Positions 10,560 through 25,413 of a DNA stretch of 64,000 nt are shown piece after piece. A model generated the notes under the pieces. It was not told where the DNA came from and ran no database searches. It was given only the letters and a program-made list of their open reading frames with translations. Every line of letters starts with the position of its first letter. The stretch's first letter is position 1. The position numbers were made by a program, and so were the translations under genes. The DNA comes from Paragordius varius (Eukaryota > Animalia > Nematomorpha), in contig OZ176052.1 of NCBI GenBank assembly GCA_964247055.1, positions 1,860,001 through 1,924,000 of the forward strand, written 5' to 3'.

Positions 10560-10693
10560 CAATAAACTAAAAATAGTTAACATAAATGAATCCCAACTCA
10601 CACTCAACCATGACACAATTGAGCAGTGTTAAGGATGTAAATATATAAACCTATTCAAATTAAAATTGAATAATCAGAAAGATCTTAGACGAC
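10560..10693 (+). repeat. 134-bp exact direct duplication of the left flank (5938-6071)
   Basis: Identical to 5938-6071 by direct reading; separated from the 3' LTR by a 16-nt filler (10544-10559). Single copy at the empty site in copy B. Confidence 0.95.
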
Positions 10694-13600
10694 CAAAAAT
10701 TAAAATGAATTTTATATCGTCCATAATTGAAATCGGGGGGCAAACTTACCAGCGAACCAAACACCAAAAACCAAAATGCCATCAAATATTTTTTTTAAAA
10801 CGTTAAAAAAATCATATATTATATTTAGGAATAGATGCGTAAGAAGTTAGTTAAAACACTTCACGTAATGTAACTTCTTTAATTTTTTTAGGAAAAAAGT
10901 TAAAATAATTTATGCTAATTTTGTATATAAATTTGGTTATATTGGACATGATTATACATAGCTGATCATACATTTTAGCCGTACCCGCACATCTACGGAT
11001 ATTAGATTTCATATTAACCAGCGGAATAATTCCCGTGCCAAAACACATATAATATGGTATTTTAATCACAATACTCAATAAAGATATATAGTTTTGAGCT
11101 TTTGGAATTCATGATAAAGCATAAGAATTTGTACTGGTTTTTAAGTGTAATATGCCGCTCTAATAGAAAATAAAAGATATTGTTTTTAAATCCAAATTAG
11201 TCGAAATTGAAACTTTTCTGAATATATCATTCAGGTATAAAACTTTTAATTTTCTACAATTAATTATCATACAAACAACAAAATAATGTTAAGCACAACC
11301 GGATTTTCTTAATTTTTTGTAATATACCCATAATATTTTCAAAAAATATGGGCCTGAAGACAATATGTAATACTTTATTGATACTTTCTATATTACAATT
11401 TCTAAATATTAATTCAATGTATGAGTGTTGTGTAATGATATCTAGACATAATTGCTTCTGAGAATTCGGCATATATGGTTTACTTCATTGTTATACGCTT
11501 AAATCCACATCTCATAGCGTCGATTAAACACTCTCATCGGACTATGTTAGATATGGTATAAAAATATATTTCTGCAGTTCAATGTTGAAATGACTCTTTC
11601 ATGTTTATTTTAATAAAACTATATAAGATATACATATTACAGTTCAAATTCATCCTTGAACAATTCAAATTCACCTAAAAATAGATTGTTTTGTAAAAGG
11701 TTTAAAATTTCCCATATTTTTATATATTAAAAAAATGAGAAATTTATATAATACTGAAAAAATAATAAACTATGCCATAAAGGTATATTTCATATTCATG
11801 CTGAGTTATAGCAACCCGAAAACATTAAATTTATTTTTCAGTATATTTGAATGAAGTGTAAAGATACAAGGGTATTAATTTATCCCAACACATTAAAAAT
11901 TGTTTATCTACAATTTTCCAAACGAGATCCAATTTTGAATGTAAAAATTATATTGCTCATTATTTGTGAGAGAATTATTGTAGAAGACTTTTAATTTTAT
12001 TTAATTTTTACTGAAATACCTCTATATTTTTAAATGGATTTAGTTTTTTCAAAAATTCACAATGAAATGCTTATCATAACTTGCAAATTTGAAGAGTGTT
12101 GCATTTATTTCATAATCAGCCAAGTAATCTAGAAAGTTGTCTTTGGAATTTATGAGAAACCATATACCAATTTTCCGTAGTAAAGGAAAACAAACATGCT
12201 CTGTTTATTATTAATCGTCACCTTATTGCAAAAATTCATTTAGTTTAATAACCATATAAATATAATCAAAAAAATGCTAAAAATTTATTTAATTCTAAAT
12301 GAATGTTTTCTTAAAAACAGGGTATTTTCAGGCACTTTCCACTGATTTTTAACAAAAATATTACTGCATCCTCAACTGGTTCTAGGATTTAATGCCCTGG
12401 CACATAAAAGTAAACTCGGTAAGTGTTGTCATGGAAATACCACCAGCCATCCCTTCGATCCGTATTCCACACCAAAACAGGGGAAAAATTTATTTGTTGA
12501 CCTTATCAAAATTCAATAAGACAAAATGTAAAAATATAATAAACAAATTTTTTTTTAAAAACATTTTTATTTTTGGACTTTTTCTACACAAACTTACTTA
12601 TAATTTTAATATATCAATCTGCAGTCCAAAAGGATATATTATAAAAAAATTCATTAAGTTTTAAATATATGGTTGGCTTTTGAAAAACATATTTGCCTTT
12701 ATTAACAATTTGTATGTATATTTTCAATTTTACTGTAAATGGTTAAAATACAATGCTTTATTAGACAACAGGAACAGTTTACTTTAAAAATTACTTTAAT
12801 GACGTTTTAACTTTTTTTAAAATATTAATTTTAACCAGTAAATAAGAAGGAAAACCGAAAAAGAAATTAAAAACTGCTTTCTTTTATGCAGACAAAAAAA
12901 TAAATTTATTTCGCCGATTAGCCAAATCTAAATGTGTTTGGCCATTATTTTTATGCAATCAATACACGCCTAAAACGAGCTTATAGTGTTTAATAATAAT
13001 TCATTACCACTTAAATGATTAGAAACTTCTAAGTTTAAATATACAAGTTTTTTAACACTTCGATTTAAATTGGGTTACCTAAATACCCAGACTATTAATA
13101 CTTTTAAAAAACTACTGAAAACGGCAATTAAAATTTATGCGTCTAACCTAATTAAAATTATAGAAATATGCCAAAAAAATTATATTAAATTTTGTTTAGA
13201 AAAAAAAGTTCCATATCAAACTACTTCGACGCCATTTTGCAAAATATCGTCTTCAATTAATTTTAAGGGTAAAATAAAGCCTAATTTTTTATTAAAATTA
13301 CATCTAACATTAAAAAGCGGTTTTTTTGTATTATTTTTAAATTTTCCTATTTCACACATGTCACGTTGACAAAATTTTTACCTTTCGATGTTCGCTTAAA
13401 ATAAGTAATATCAAGTATTTTGAATAATTTTTTTATATATTTTGTTTATTAATGTTATATAAGTGCAAAATTTTTCCATGGTTTCGATCTCTTCCATACT
13501 TTTTAAAGTATTTGATTTTAAACAGGACTGGGGTATCCAACTACCCCAATTTGAATTGAAGAACTAAAATTAGTGTTGTATCCAAGTGTGGACAATGACA

Positions 13601-14604
13601 ATAGCACGGGGTACACCCCTTCGTACAATTGGTGAACCAATTGTCAGAGTACCGTGATCTATATAAGTATTGGGAAAATATCTTTTAAAACTTTTTCTAG
13701 CAAAATTTTTATGATTGCAAATGTTTGTATAAAAATATTATTGTGATTTAATTTTTTACTGTAAGTTAGTGTTATTAAATTTACCTAATTTGAAAAAAAA
13801 GGAATTAAAAAAAATACCGTACATAACCTGCGCTTTGGAAAGGACATTATTGTTTGATTTTTGGAGCAGAGATTTGATATTAGTTGTTGATAAGAGGCAA
13901 TAGTTTTAATTAAATGAAACGTTAACGACAAAAAATAATAATTTAACCGAGCAGGATAAATTTTGATAAAAACATAAGTTTATCACCTACACACTGAAAC
14001 AACTGAGAAATGGATGATATTTTTGAAAATGTTTTGGAGTTTATGCCTGGGTCAGATAGTGTTATTTTCAAAGCAATAGAAAGTAATAATTTTTTTTATA
14101 CTTCATTTGCTTATATTAAATTTTGTATATCAATTTATCAATTCTGAACAATTATGATCGATAATTGTATATAATTGGTGTACAATTTTTATGATCTGGT
14201 TTTGATGTAGAAATATATTCGTTTCAATAATAAATACAAACACATTTAACTTAAACTCAACGCAAGAATAAATTTGAAAATGCTTTAAGACAAATGCCTT
14301 TTTAAAAAAATTAATCGATAAAATTACCTCAATTAACGGAATTGAAATAAAAACATATTTTAAATAAAATTTAAAAGGATATTGAACAAAACCGTATTTA
14401 AATCACATTTTTTTTATATTCGAAAATTAGGTAAATCAATTACAATTGGGAACGTAGGTTAATACATATTAATTTACATATATCCCAATTATATTTTTTT
14501 ATTCCATATAAAAAATAATTTTTTTATTTTTTAAACAAATAAAAATTGTCACACCAATTTATAATGGGATTCGTTGATAAAATATTTAATTATAACTTCT
14601 GATC

Positions 14605-14649
<45 letters not shown>

Positions 14650-14924
14650 AAATCTTTTTTTTGATAAATATTTTTTATTCATATAATTATTAAGGAAACG
14701 GTTAAAATTTCATTAAGTTTTATTTTATGAGATAGAGAGAGGGCTATTAGTGATTTTTTTTTTAATTTCCTTACACAGCTATAAATTAAATTTATTGGTA
14801 ATAGAGATTTATAAATTTTATTGATTTATATATGGTAGTAAATTTTATGATAAATTAAATTCTTGACTTAATAATAATCCTCTGGTATAATTATTGTCCA
14901 AAATTTTGTGTGGGCTCTGATATA

Positions 14925-15316
14925 TACCATTTACAGTTCAAATTCACCCTTGAACAATTCAAATTCACCCTTAAACAATTCAAATTCACCCTTGAACAAT
15001 TCAAATTCACCCTCGAACAAATCAAATTCACCCTCAAATAAATAACATGTTTTTTAAGATTAAAAATTACCTATATTTTAATGTATTTTTAAAAAATAAA
15101 ATTTTGTTTTAAATTAAAATAATACTGAAAAAAATAATTAATTATGCCATAAAGATATATTTTATATTAATAATGAGTTATATTAGTTCGAAAACACGTA
15201 ATTTATTTTTAGGGTGAATTTGAATTGTTCGAGGGTGAATTTGAATTGTTCAAGGGTGAATTTGAATTGTTCGAGGGTGAATTTGAATTGTTCAAGGGTG
15301 AATTTGAACTGTAAAT

Positions 15317-15320
<4 letters not shown>
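14925..15320. mobile_element. Foldback-type MITE with 21-bp subterminal repeats (copy A only)
   Basis: TIR TACCATTTACAGTT followed by about 5 units of CAAATTCACCCTTGAACAATT per arm; flanked by TA; absent in copy B (about 52975). Confidence 0.9.
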
Positions 15321-15365
<45 letters not shown>

Positions 15366-17258
15366 GATCGAACTAATACACTTTTAACAAATGTTTAACT
15401 TGGATCTTATTAATATGGTTATTATAAGGTATATTTTTTTGTTAATTAACATTTTTAGTTCAATTATCATTATGTTATTTAAAATCGATAGATTTTCAAA
15501 CAAGTCGTCCACAAATTGGGAATTATGATTTTATCAGGTACTTTTTATACACTCTTTAAAGCACATTTTTAAGGATTTCTATCCAGAGTAAAAATTTGGT
15601 GAATTATGATTTAAAACATTTTATATGCCTGAATACACTGACAATAAATCTCTTTCTCCAACAATAAATGAATGACTTTTTAAGTCATTAATATTTTTTC
15701 TGCATTTTGACAATGAATAATTCCCTTTTTCCAATACAATTAAATACCTCTTAATATACTTTATTTTGGCTAGTTATACGAATTATATTTAATCAAATAA
15801 AGTTAATTTTGTGTTAAAATAAAATTAAGTTAGATAATTATCTGTATGTATATTAAATAAAGCCGATAAAAATGATGTAGACACAATTTTAACTGTAATT
15901 TTTGCCTGGGAATTGAATATGATTGGTTGTATTGAGAAATTTTTTTATACATACAATCAAATATTAAGTTTTTTGTTTAAAACTTATTTTTAATTTACGA
16001 AAGGCAGGATTTATCTGAAAATATTAAAAATTATATCAGTATTCATAACGATATTTTTAAAATATATATAAAATCATTAGATTAAAGTATATTGAAATTT
16101 TGGATTTGATGGTCAAGAGCGGGGATATTCCTTTAACTATTACTTTGACTGGTTTTGAAGTAATAATTATTAACATTACAATTTTTTAATTTTTAATCTT
16201 TTTTTTTGATAAAACGCAAAATATAAATGGAAAATGTGTCGCAACATATTTATATTATTTCATAGATTTTAGTAAAAGAGGGCGAAACAGACAGTGAAAA
16301 AAAGCGTTTTGTCCACCGAAAAATAGATGGCGTAAAAAATAATTTTGATCAAAACCATCTTCTCGATTTCACCAACAGCATTTTGATGAGTTTATCATTT
16401 GCTTTAACGCATGGTTTAGTTGAAGAAATAACCGATAAATTTCGAATAATACAGGTTTTTTTCTCCTTTATTAATTATAAACGCCCATTGCTCTTGAATA
16501 CAAGGTATTATTAAAATATTCTAAATTTTATATGAACTCATATGACACTTTTTAAGACAACATATAGATTATTATTATTTCCATAAAATTATAATTAATA
16601 TTCAATTAATTTGCCAGTAAAACAAATTATTTTATTTTATTATTGTAGCAAATTTTGATTGAGAAAATGATGATTTAATTTTTTTTCTATCACTTTTGAT
16701 AATATTTAAGAATTAAAATAATTAAATATTGGAAATTTTATTATTCTCATATAAGATGTTATGTTTAAAAGTGCTGTTTTTCCACGAAAGCTTAGCATAA
16801 GAAAGTGTCATTACAAAGCTGTCCACCTTATTTGATTTTTCCAATTTTAAAGGCTTTTATTAAAAATAATAATAAATATTTGGATATATAGTGTAATTTA
16901 TACGGGAATCAAAATAAAATCGCTATATCTAAAAGCGGAAATATGATAATATATTTAAGCATTCATTGGAATATATTTTCGATTTATAATCTATTATATA
17001 GAGCTTATTTTGCGCTTTCGATATATAAATATAATATATATAAATGCAGGATACCTTAGATATTTTATTGTATTTATTAATATTTTCTGTTTAAATAAAT
17101 CATTTTATTTATTTGTCATGTTAGCTTATCCATAATATAGCCACGCTTTACCCTCACCATTTTACACATCCTGGCCAATTTATCAAAATTTATAAGGTAG
17201 AATAAAACTTAAATTTTAATTTTATAGAAATAATATTGAATATATTATATTTTTAATA

Positions 17259-17501
17259 TACCATTAGCAAATCAAATTCACCCTCAAAATAAATACATTT
17301 GACTTATTAATAAGAAATATATTCTTATGCCATAGTTTATTATTTTTTCAGTATTATATTATTAGTATTATTATTATTATACCTAATTTCATTTTTTAGA
17401 AATATAAAAAAATATATATAATTTTTAATCCTAAAAAAACGCATAATTTATTTTAGGGTGAATATGAATTGTTTGAGGGTAAAAATGAACTTTAAATGGT
17501 A
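17259..17501. mobile_element. Same MITE family, degenerate, shared with copy B (54821-55016)
   Basis: TACCAT...ATGGTA ends and CAAATTCACCC motifs. Further degenerate members lie at about 11630-11870 (B 50133-50355), 21240-21469 (B 58859-59100) and 37080-37341. Confidence 0.75.
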
Positions 17502-20500
17502 CATATTTTTAAATTTTTTAGCTGTTATTGCAAACGTACGAAACGGTGACCCACGAAACGCAACTTACAAAACGCATTAGAATTAATATCTTTCAAATGT
17601 TTCAAACTTACATTCATTATCATCAATTTTTGTAAAATGAATTTCATTCTAACGCAACTAATAATACCCTTGATCATATTAATGATAAAAATTTATATTC
17701 ACACCTAGAAATTATGGCAAATATTGATAAGCTCATTCTTTACGTATCGGATGATTGTAAATTTTATAATACCAAGTTTGTCGTTTTTATGGTTTTGTCT
17801 TTATATTTATTTCTTATAAGAATTGTTTTTGCTAAAAATGAAATAAAAATTAAAGTTATAAAGAAAAAATATAAAGAGTAAAAGCTAAATTATTTTTTTT
17901 TAAAAGCAAACCATATTTTTAAATCTATGATTTTATCCTACTATTTTACCCATATGATTATAATTGTATGCATGAATTTTAAAGTCCTAGCAATTTAGAT
18001 CTCTATTGCTTTATGTTTGAAACCCGATATGTGTAAAAATTAAAGTTAAAACAATAGAGTGTTCTTTTAGAAATTTAATTTTTTACATATTATTATCCAT
18101 ATTTTTTTGAAAAAAGCATTATATATATATCTATAGGTCAAATTCGGCTCTCTGCTGCGTTTTTGAAGCTTTTAATGGTATACTTACGGTTTTAATGGCT
18201 ATGAAAAATAATTATATCTATACGTCAAATGTTTTAACGGAAACTTTATGGTAAAAATTATTTTTTATTCCTCACAAAACATTAAAAATATAGATTTATA
18301 TAAAAATATAATCAATATCTTAACGCAAAATTGTACTCTTAAAATTTATTTAAACTCAACTAAATCTCTACTACTTGTTTTGATTTCCTTTGATTAATAA
18401 ACTCCCTTTCATAAAGTATAATATAACTTATATAAATTAGTTTCATTTTGGAATAATCATCTTATGTATAAAATAATCGTGCAATATTTTTATTTCATTT
18501 TTTTTTCAATGTATAAAAAGTATTATATATGTTTTGTTAGGAAAGACGTTTGTCCAGCACTGGCAAATCTTTATAATTTACCCAATTATTATTATATTAT
18601 GATGAATGGCACAAATAAAGGATATTCCACCAATATCCTCTCAAGTGATCAAGCTTATTCTGTTCAATATAAGTGTCGGAACAATAATGATGATGGTGGT
18701 GACACTAAAAGGTTTTTAAACAACACTTTTTGTACATTGTGTTTTTCTTTAAATTTTAAAATTGTTTTTTTTTTGAATTGGAGTTGTTTGTAAATAAGTT
18801 TTTATCGATATATTTGACTGAATAAATTTACAAAATTAAGGGCTAAATAACTTGTTTTTAATAATTAGCGAAGATAAATTATACAAACAAAGCGTAATAT
18901 AAAGTATTTTTATTTAAAAGACAACCATACTTTTTGAAACATTAAACTTTTTTATATAAGGTATTTAGACACATTCGTAAATTATTAAATTGATTGTGTT
19001 AGTGTTATATAACTCTATTTCACACTTGGCCCTTTAAACAATGAGTTTTCCCTGAATCAATCAAGATTTAAGAAGTATCATTGTCTTTTAGAAAAAAATT
19101 TTGTCTTTATATTTTCACATTTTTTCCTGAAGCAAAATATATTAAACTAGCTCTAAAATTAAAGAGAATTATAATAAGAATGAATTTATTTCCTCATTTA
19201 TTTATAAATATTATAGATGTTTGGCAAATGATAAACCCATGGTGTGTTGGAATGGGGCAGCTATTTCAATCCCTGAAAGTCCATTATTCCTTAGGCCAGA
19301 TTATTATTATTCAATCAATCAATTATTGTATCACATTTGTTTTTACATTGGACACACTAAAGGTGAGTTAATATTTAATTTTTATTAAAACAATTAATAA
19401 TTTTAGCATTTTTTTTGTAGCTTTACAAGTTTTGGTTATACACTCGAATTTTTCGTTTTTTTTGTGATAAATAAGTTTTTTGATCCGTTTTTGTTCAATA
19501 ATATCTTTTGCACACAAAACCCGACTTGAAATGTTTTTTAACGTAAATTGATAATTTTTTACAATATATATTTTACACGCTTTTCCAATTAGTAGCCTAT
19601 TTTTACACATATGCTCATACATGAAAAACTTTTTATTTAGTTTAAATTTTTTTCTATTTTGCATTTTTATACCGACATATATATATATATATGATACTAA
19701 TATATCAAATTTAAAAATACGTTTTTCTATATTGTGTGAAAATTAAAGTATTTAACCAGTTTTTTATATTACTATTATTAGGGCAAAATAAAAAGGGTGG
19801 AAACACTACTGGTGGGGCCCTCAGTTTAATTTGGCAATCCTTGATGCAATCCGCTCTATGTGCACATGCTAATTATTTCAATTCAACTCTATCACCCAAT
19901 AATGTTAATAATGTTAATGATTCAAATATAATCTGCAAAGGTTTAAAGTTATTCATTGAGCAAACAGTCTGCAATTTAATTGAACCGAAAACTTTATACA
20001 CTATTTTAACTATACATCATCAACCAGAGAGTTTTATGGATCAAAAAATGGAAATTTCAAGTAAAAAAGAATGTTGGTGGTTTTATGTTTTGGGAAATGG
20101 TTTCTATGATATGGATATGATACAAATGTAATTAATTTATAGCTTAATATAGCTTTTATTGATTTTGTGATGTTGGTTAAATCACTTTTAGTGAACTAAA
20201 ACAGCAAAGGCTAGTTTTTCTGATGATATATTTCAAAAACATCTACTCCTCAAGAAGTTTATTTTACATATATATATAGAAAGTAGAAAATCGCATCATT
20301 TTACATATATGCATTTTATCATAAGATTATGGTAAACTATAATTTTAAAGTCTAAGTAAGCACTGCCACAAATTTTATTACAAATCTACGATTTTTCTTT
20401 GACCCTAAGTGAGTATGTCCAATAATTTTATTCATTAATCCTTTTACTAAAAAACTAATAAATAACGGTTTTATAAGCCCGTTATATACATGGATGAGAG

Positions 20501-23500
20501 CGCCTCAAATTAAAATGGCTGCATAATTAGGAGTAATCTTTAGGTTATTTTGAATTATTATAGCCAAATAAATCGTATTTTTGCTGTATTCTATTTTACA
20601 AAACTTATTTAAAGATCTTTCATTTTCCAACATTATTATATTATAATACTGTATTATTATATTTTAACTACACCAGGTTAATTCAATTCATATATGTCGT
20701 TTGGAATACAATATGTCAATCTTGTAATCCTACCCCTATGTTATCATGTGACAATGTTCAGTATTCTTTCTTAAATGATTCAATTATACATTTTTGTCAT
20801 CGTTTATTATTATCCCTGCAGTCAATTAAACACAATTTGGATGGAAATGAAATATTAGGTATATTATCTTTTTTGCATAAACATAAAATTTGTGTTAAAG
20901 TGAAACTTTATATATATATAAGGCTATATCAAATGATTAATGCATATATATTTAAAACTTTATGCCATACCTATTAAAATGTCATCTTGATAAAAATTCA
21001 AAAATTGGTATAATTAAGGGAATGATTTAAGAAACATACAATTAGGAAATCAAAACTCATACTTTTATGAAAAAAACTTAATTCATAGTTTAATAACACA
21101 TAGTGATTTCAATAGTTTGTTTAGAATAATTTTTTTAAACATTTTTTTACTAAATACCAATTACAACATTAATACTAAGTTATCAATCTGTATAAGGTTG
21201 ACTTTTATGCATATTACTCATCAAACTTATTTATATACATACCAATTAAACTGAAATACCCTAAATAAATTATGTGTTAGGGAATAATTAAAATTACCTA
21301 TATTTTTTTATTTTTATAAAAATAATATTTTGTTTAAAATTTTAACATAATACAGGAAAATATTAAACTATGGACATATAAAGAATACGTTGTATTGGCC
21401 CAAAAAACACATAATTTATTTTTAGGGTGGTGAAATTAAATTGTTTAAGGGTGAATTTGATTTGAGGTATATATAATATATCTCTTTAATCACATGCGAA
21501 ATTTTATGCATACAATTAAAATTATTTATTGGTAGAAAATACGGCATGTCAAATCAATAACCTGAACAATGATTATAATGTTGATAATCAAAATACAAGC
21601 TCGTTTAACGATAGTAATCAAACATCTTTCGATACCGAATCGCATTATGAAACACCATCGGACGCCGATATAGAAATTGATAATGGTAATATTTTAAAAT
21701 TTAAGATTTTTATCTAAAAAAATATATTTTTTATATAAATTATCTTTTAATAACATCTTTTAAAAACATTTAACGACAGTTTTTTAGTTTATAATATCTA
21801 TACAATACAGAGAAAGGTTAAGGATAAAAATATTTTTAAGCAATTTTTTTTTTCGAAAGATTTGATTCATTAGAGAAACAAAATAATCAACTATTTATTT
21901 CTTAATTTAAATTTTTATTGAAATGTTACTAGAAACGGACGTCACTTCAATTTGTGAGCCATCAAACGGAAAAAACTTTGACGAAATTGAAGAAAATTTA
22001 TTTGATAAAAATCACAAAATGAAATATAAGGCTTCATCTCATGATTTATCCAGCAATAGTAATTATAATACCAATATTGAAAATAATTGCCAAGAAAATG
22101 ATTTAACTTCTTATGATAATAATGAATCATCGGAAACAGAGGGAGATATATGCGATATCTTTGATTTTGGAACTCAGCTTTCAAATCATGAAACTACACC
22201 TGGTGTCATTAGGACTTTAGATGGTAATTTTAACTTTTCAACTATTTTTATATATGTGATAATTTAATATTTTTTTGTTTTTCGTTTTAAATATGGGTTA
22301 AATATTAAATTTTGCCTAAATTTCAACGATATTAAATGAAAAGTATATTAACTCACAGATCATAACATTATTAACACTTAATTTACCTAATTGGTAAATT
22401 ATAAATCTGAAAAGGTAGGCACATATAAAACAATTAGTAATAGAAGTGTGTGATATTTATTGTTAATAATTTGATTTATTACAAATAACAACACTATTTA
22501 TTCTGAGAATTTTTTTTAACCGACGCCCCAATATTAGATTATAGCGACCCTAATGAAAATAATAACACTGATGAAGTCAATGAGGGAATTTTTACGGAAA
22601 TATCTTTGGAACCTGAATTAAATAACCAATTATCTAATTTTAAACAAAAATCAAATCTCGCCATGACACAAGGTAAAGGAAACAACAAGCTTATGAATGA
22701 AGAAAGGGTATCTACTTACTTTTGCAAATATATTTCCCACACGTTTTTTTATATTCGTTTTTTTAATATTAATCATATCATATAGTTACTTTATATTTCA
22801 CCTTAAATAATTTGAAAAATTTGATCGTAAATAAGTTCTGGTGGATAAATAATGTAAAATTTTTAACACATGGTTAGAATATATATATATATATATATAT
22901 ATAACTACATATAAAAATAATAAGAAATCTTAATTATTATCAATTTTATTTTGTTTATTATAATTATATATTATTTTAGTTGATTTAATTGGTTTTTTCC
23001 AATTAGTTATAATCTATATAGTTCCGATTGTGATATATTTAACCACTATTTCCATTGACTGCCATTAATAAAAATTCTAAATAATAATGAATATCATTTT
23101 TCTGGGCGGTCCTATTTGAATCTATTATATTTAAAAAACCGAAAAAAATCATAATTGAAAAAAATTTACTTTTTTTGTGCAACAGGAAATGGAAATAAAA
23201 AGTCATTTGGTGACAAACCTTCTCACTCAAATACGTACTCGTTTGTGTCATCCAGAAACCGGAATTTTAATGCATTTAAGGTCGGGTGTTGAAATTGATT
23301 TGGCTATAATACAGTTTAGTTCACAATTCTACTCTCAATATCATGGTATGAAACGAAAATATATGTGTGTTTTAGTAAATGCTCGATTAAAATACTATTT
23401 TTTGAGGTAAAGAAGTGAATGTGAGTTGGTGTACTTTCCGCGTTATAATAAAGAACAAAATAATTTCAAAAGAGAAAATGTGATCAGCTGATTTTATTAG

Positions 23501-25413
23501 TATTTTGGTTATATAATTATAACCTAACATAAGAACCTTATATAGCACTTAAAGCCTACATTTTTTTAAATCACCGTTCTTAACTATTATTGATTATATA
23601 TTAAATTGTGGTATACAAGAAATAGAACTAATTTTTATATAAATAAGGTATATTTTGGATATAATAACCTGTGTATCTTATCGAAGTTTTAAATTATTTT
23701 TTTTGAAAAATTTATCAAAAATTTTAGCCGCATATTTCTACATATTTCTAGGATTTTTTGCTTTTATGTAGATATATATAATTTTTTAAATTTATTAGTG
23801 TAATACTGTTGCATGGATATTTGTGTGTTGCCATGTTTACTTTTGTATTCCTATTGGCTGTCATTGTCTTATATGTATCAGGTATTATAAACTTTTTTTC
23901 AAATATTTTTAATGAATTTTTGCTTTATTTATAATTTACCTTAAGATTTTTATTCAATAAATTTATTAAAGGCCTTTGCAAATTATAACTTTTACATTTT
24001 GTTTTTTTTGCTGAAAATTATTATAAAATTGTAATCATTATTGAAAAATTTGTTTATTTTGTTTTTTTGTAATGACTACCACCTTAATTTTATGGATAAA
24101 TTAATTTAAAGACTTTTTAAATTAAAAGTAGTTTTACGTATTTTGAATTTTGAGTAACTTTTGAAATGTTTTCTAATTTACTAAAATATAAAATCCTATT
24201 TTAATTATTTTTTTAGCTTTCGAAAAGGATGAATTTAGCTTCGAACAAAACTTTAATAAGAAAGAGGTACAAGAGCAATCCTTTAATGCGGATTTTATAT
24301 ATTTCGCAACATTTCAATCGCTATGTTTGGATTACATTGTACAAATATTTAATACCGAAGGAAATATTTTAACACAAGATGGACTGGTAATTGTTTTATA
24401 GCTTTTGAAAAATTGCAATTATATTTCATCTTAGTAAAATTAAACAAAAATTACAATATATTTTTGTTATAGCTTAAAAATGTTTAAATATATATTTTTT
24501 TACTTTTTTATATATTTTTGATTTAAATTCGTTTATTTTAAACAAAAATTAATTTTAATCCCTCTCTTTTAAAATTATATGCATAAAAATTAATTTATAA
24601 CATTATCGTTAATATGCATTTTCAAATTTTCAAATTTAATATTTATTAAATATTAATTTTATAGTTGAAAGAATTCAAGCAAGCTTTCAAATGTGATTCA
24701 TTTAACATGGTATATACTGACTGTTGGATCCCTCAAATATTTGTCAACATTGTAAAACAACCCATTATTTCCTTCACCATGGATAATTATACCAAAAGAT
24801 CTAATCTTATCAATTTTATTAAAGGTAAAAGCTTATAGAAAAAATACTTTTTACCTAAAATATGTCTGAAATTTGCCATTTTTTTACGTAAATACCAACG
24901 TTTGCTTGCTATTAAAAATGTGGTAAAATTTTAACTATTTTAAAAAGTTATATTATATTAAAAGTTTATTTTCATTTGTACATTGGTATAACTAAAAATA
25001 CGTCAGAAGGCTTATGATTCATAAATATTTTTAGGGAAAGAAATTTTTTTTGAACTGTTTTCACAAAAATTTATTAATGCTATAATTTCAAAATTAACAC
25101 ATCATATATACGTCTAGAAATTGGAAAAATATATAATTACTGTGAGGCGGATTTTTATTAGTTTTATCGGGTATTATAAGTTATCTGGTAACATTGCTTT
25201 TTATATCATTTCCGAAATTAGATTGCGTAAATAGCGAAATGTTTGGTTTAAAATCAACTTCTACTGGTAATAAAGATAACGAATGTTTTTGCACAAATTT
25301 TACCCATTCATATCGAGTATTATGTCAAACAATCAATCCTAACTCACATTGCGACAACTCTCTCCAAGATGGTATGTTTAAAACAATTTTAGCGGTTTTT
25401 ATTAAGTATAGTC

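Larger units (their letters stand above)
5797..12950 (-). pseudogene. Possible decayed multi-exon membrane-protein gene, interrupted by the Gypsy element (paralog about 48990-52300)
   Basis: Conserved GC-richer blocks translate similarly in both copies (IPYYMCFGxGIxPLV; VWNxDR..GW.FFH..L.EFTFMCQGI; IWFLxNSKD) and end in a TM-like stretch (SFMLTIFSLLIIICGLMVILSMPVAII). Frames differ between copies by 1-2 nt indels, and no family was recognised. Confidence 0.3.

Noticed and set aside
16754-16830. Conserved block reading MLCLKVLFFHESLA* as a BIG3-like exon
   Set aside because: It has a stop in both copies, and direct splicing of 16454 to 17125 already gives an in-phase, well-aligned protein. 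Treated as intronic.
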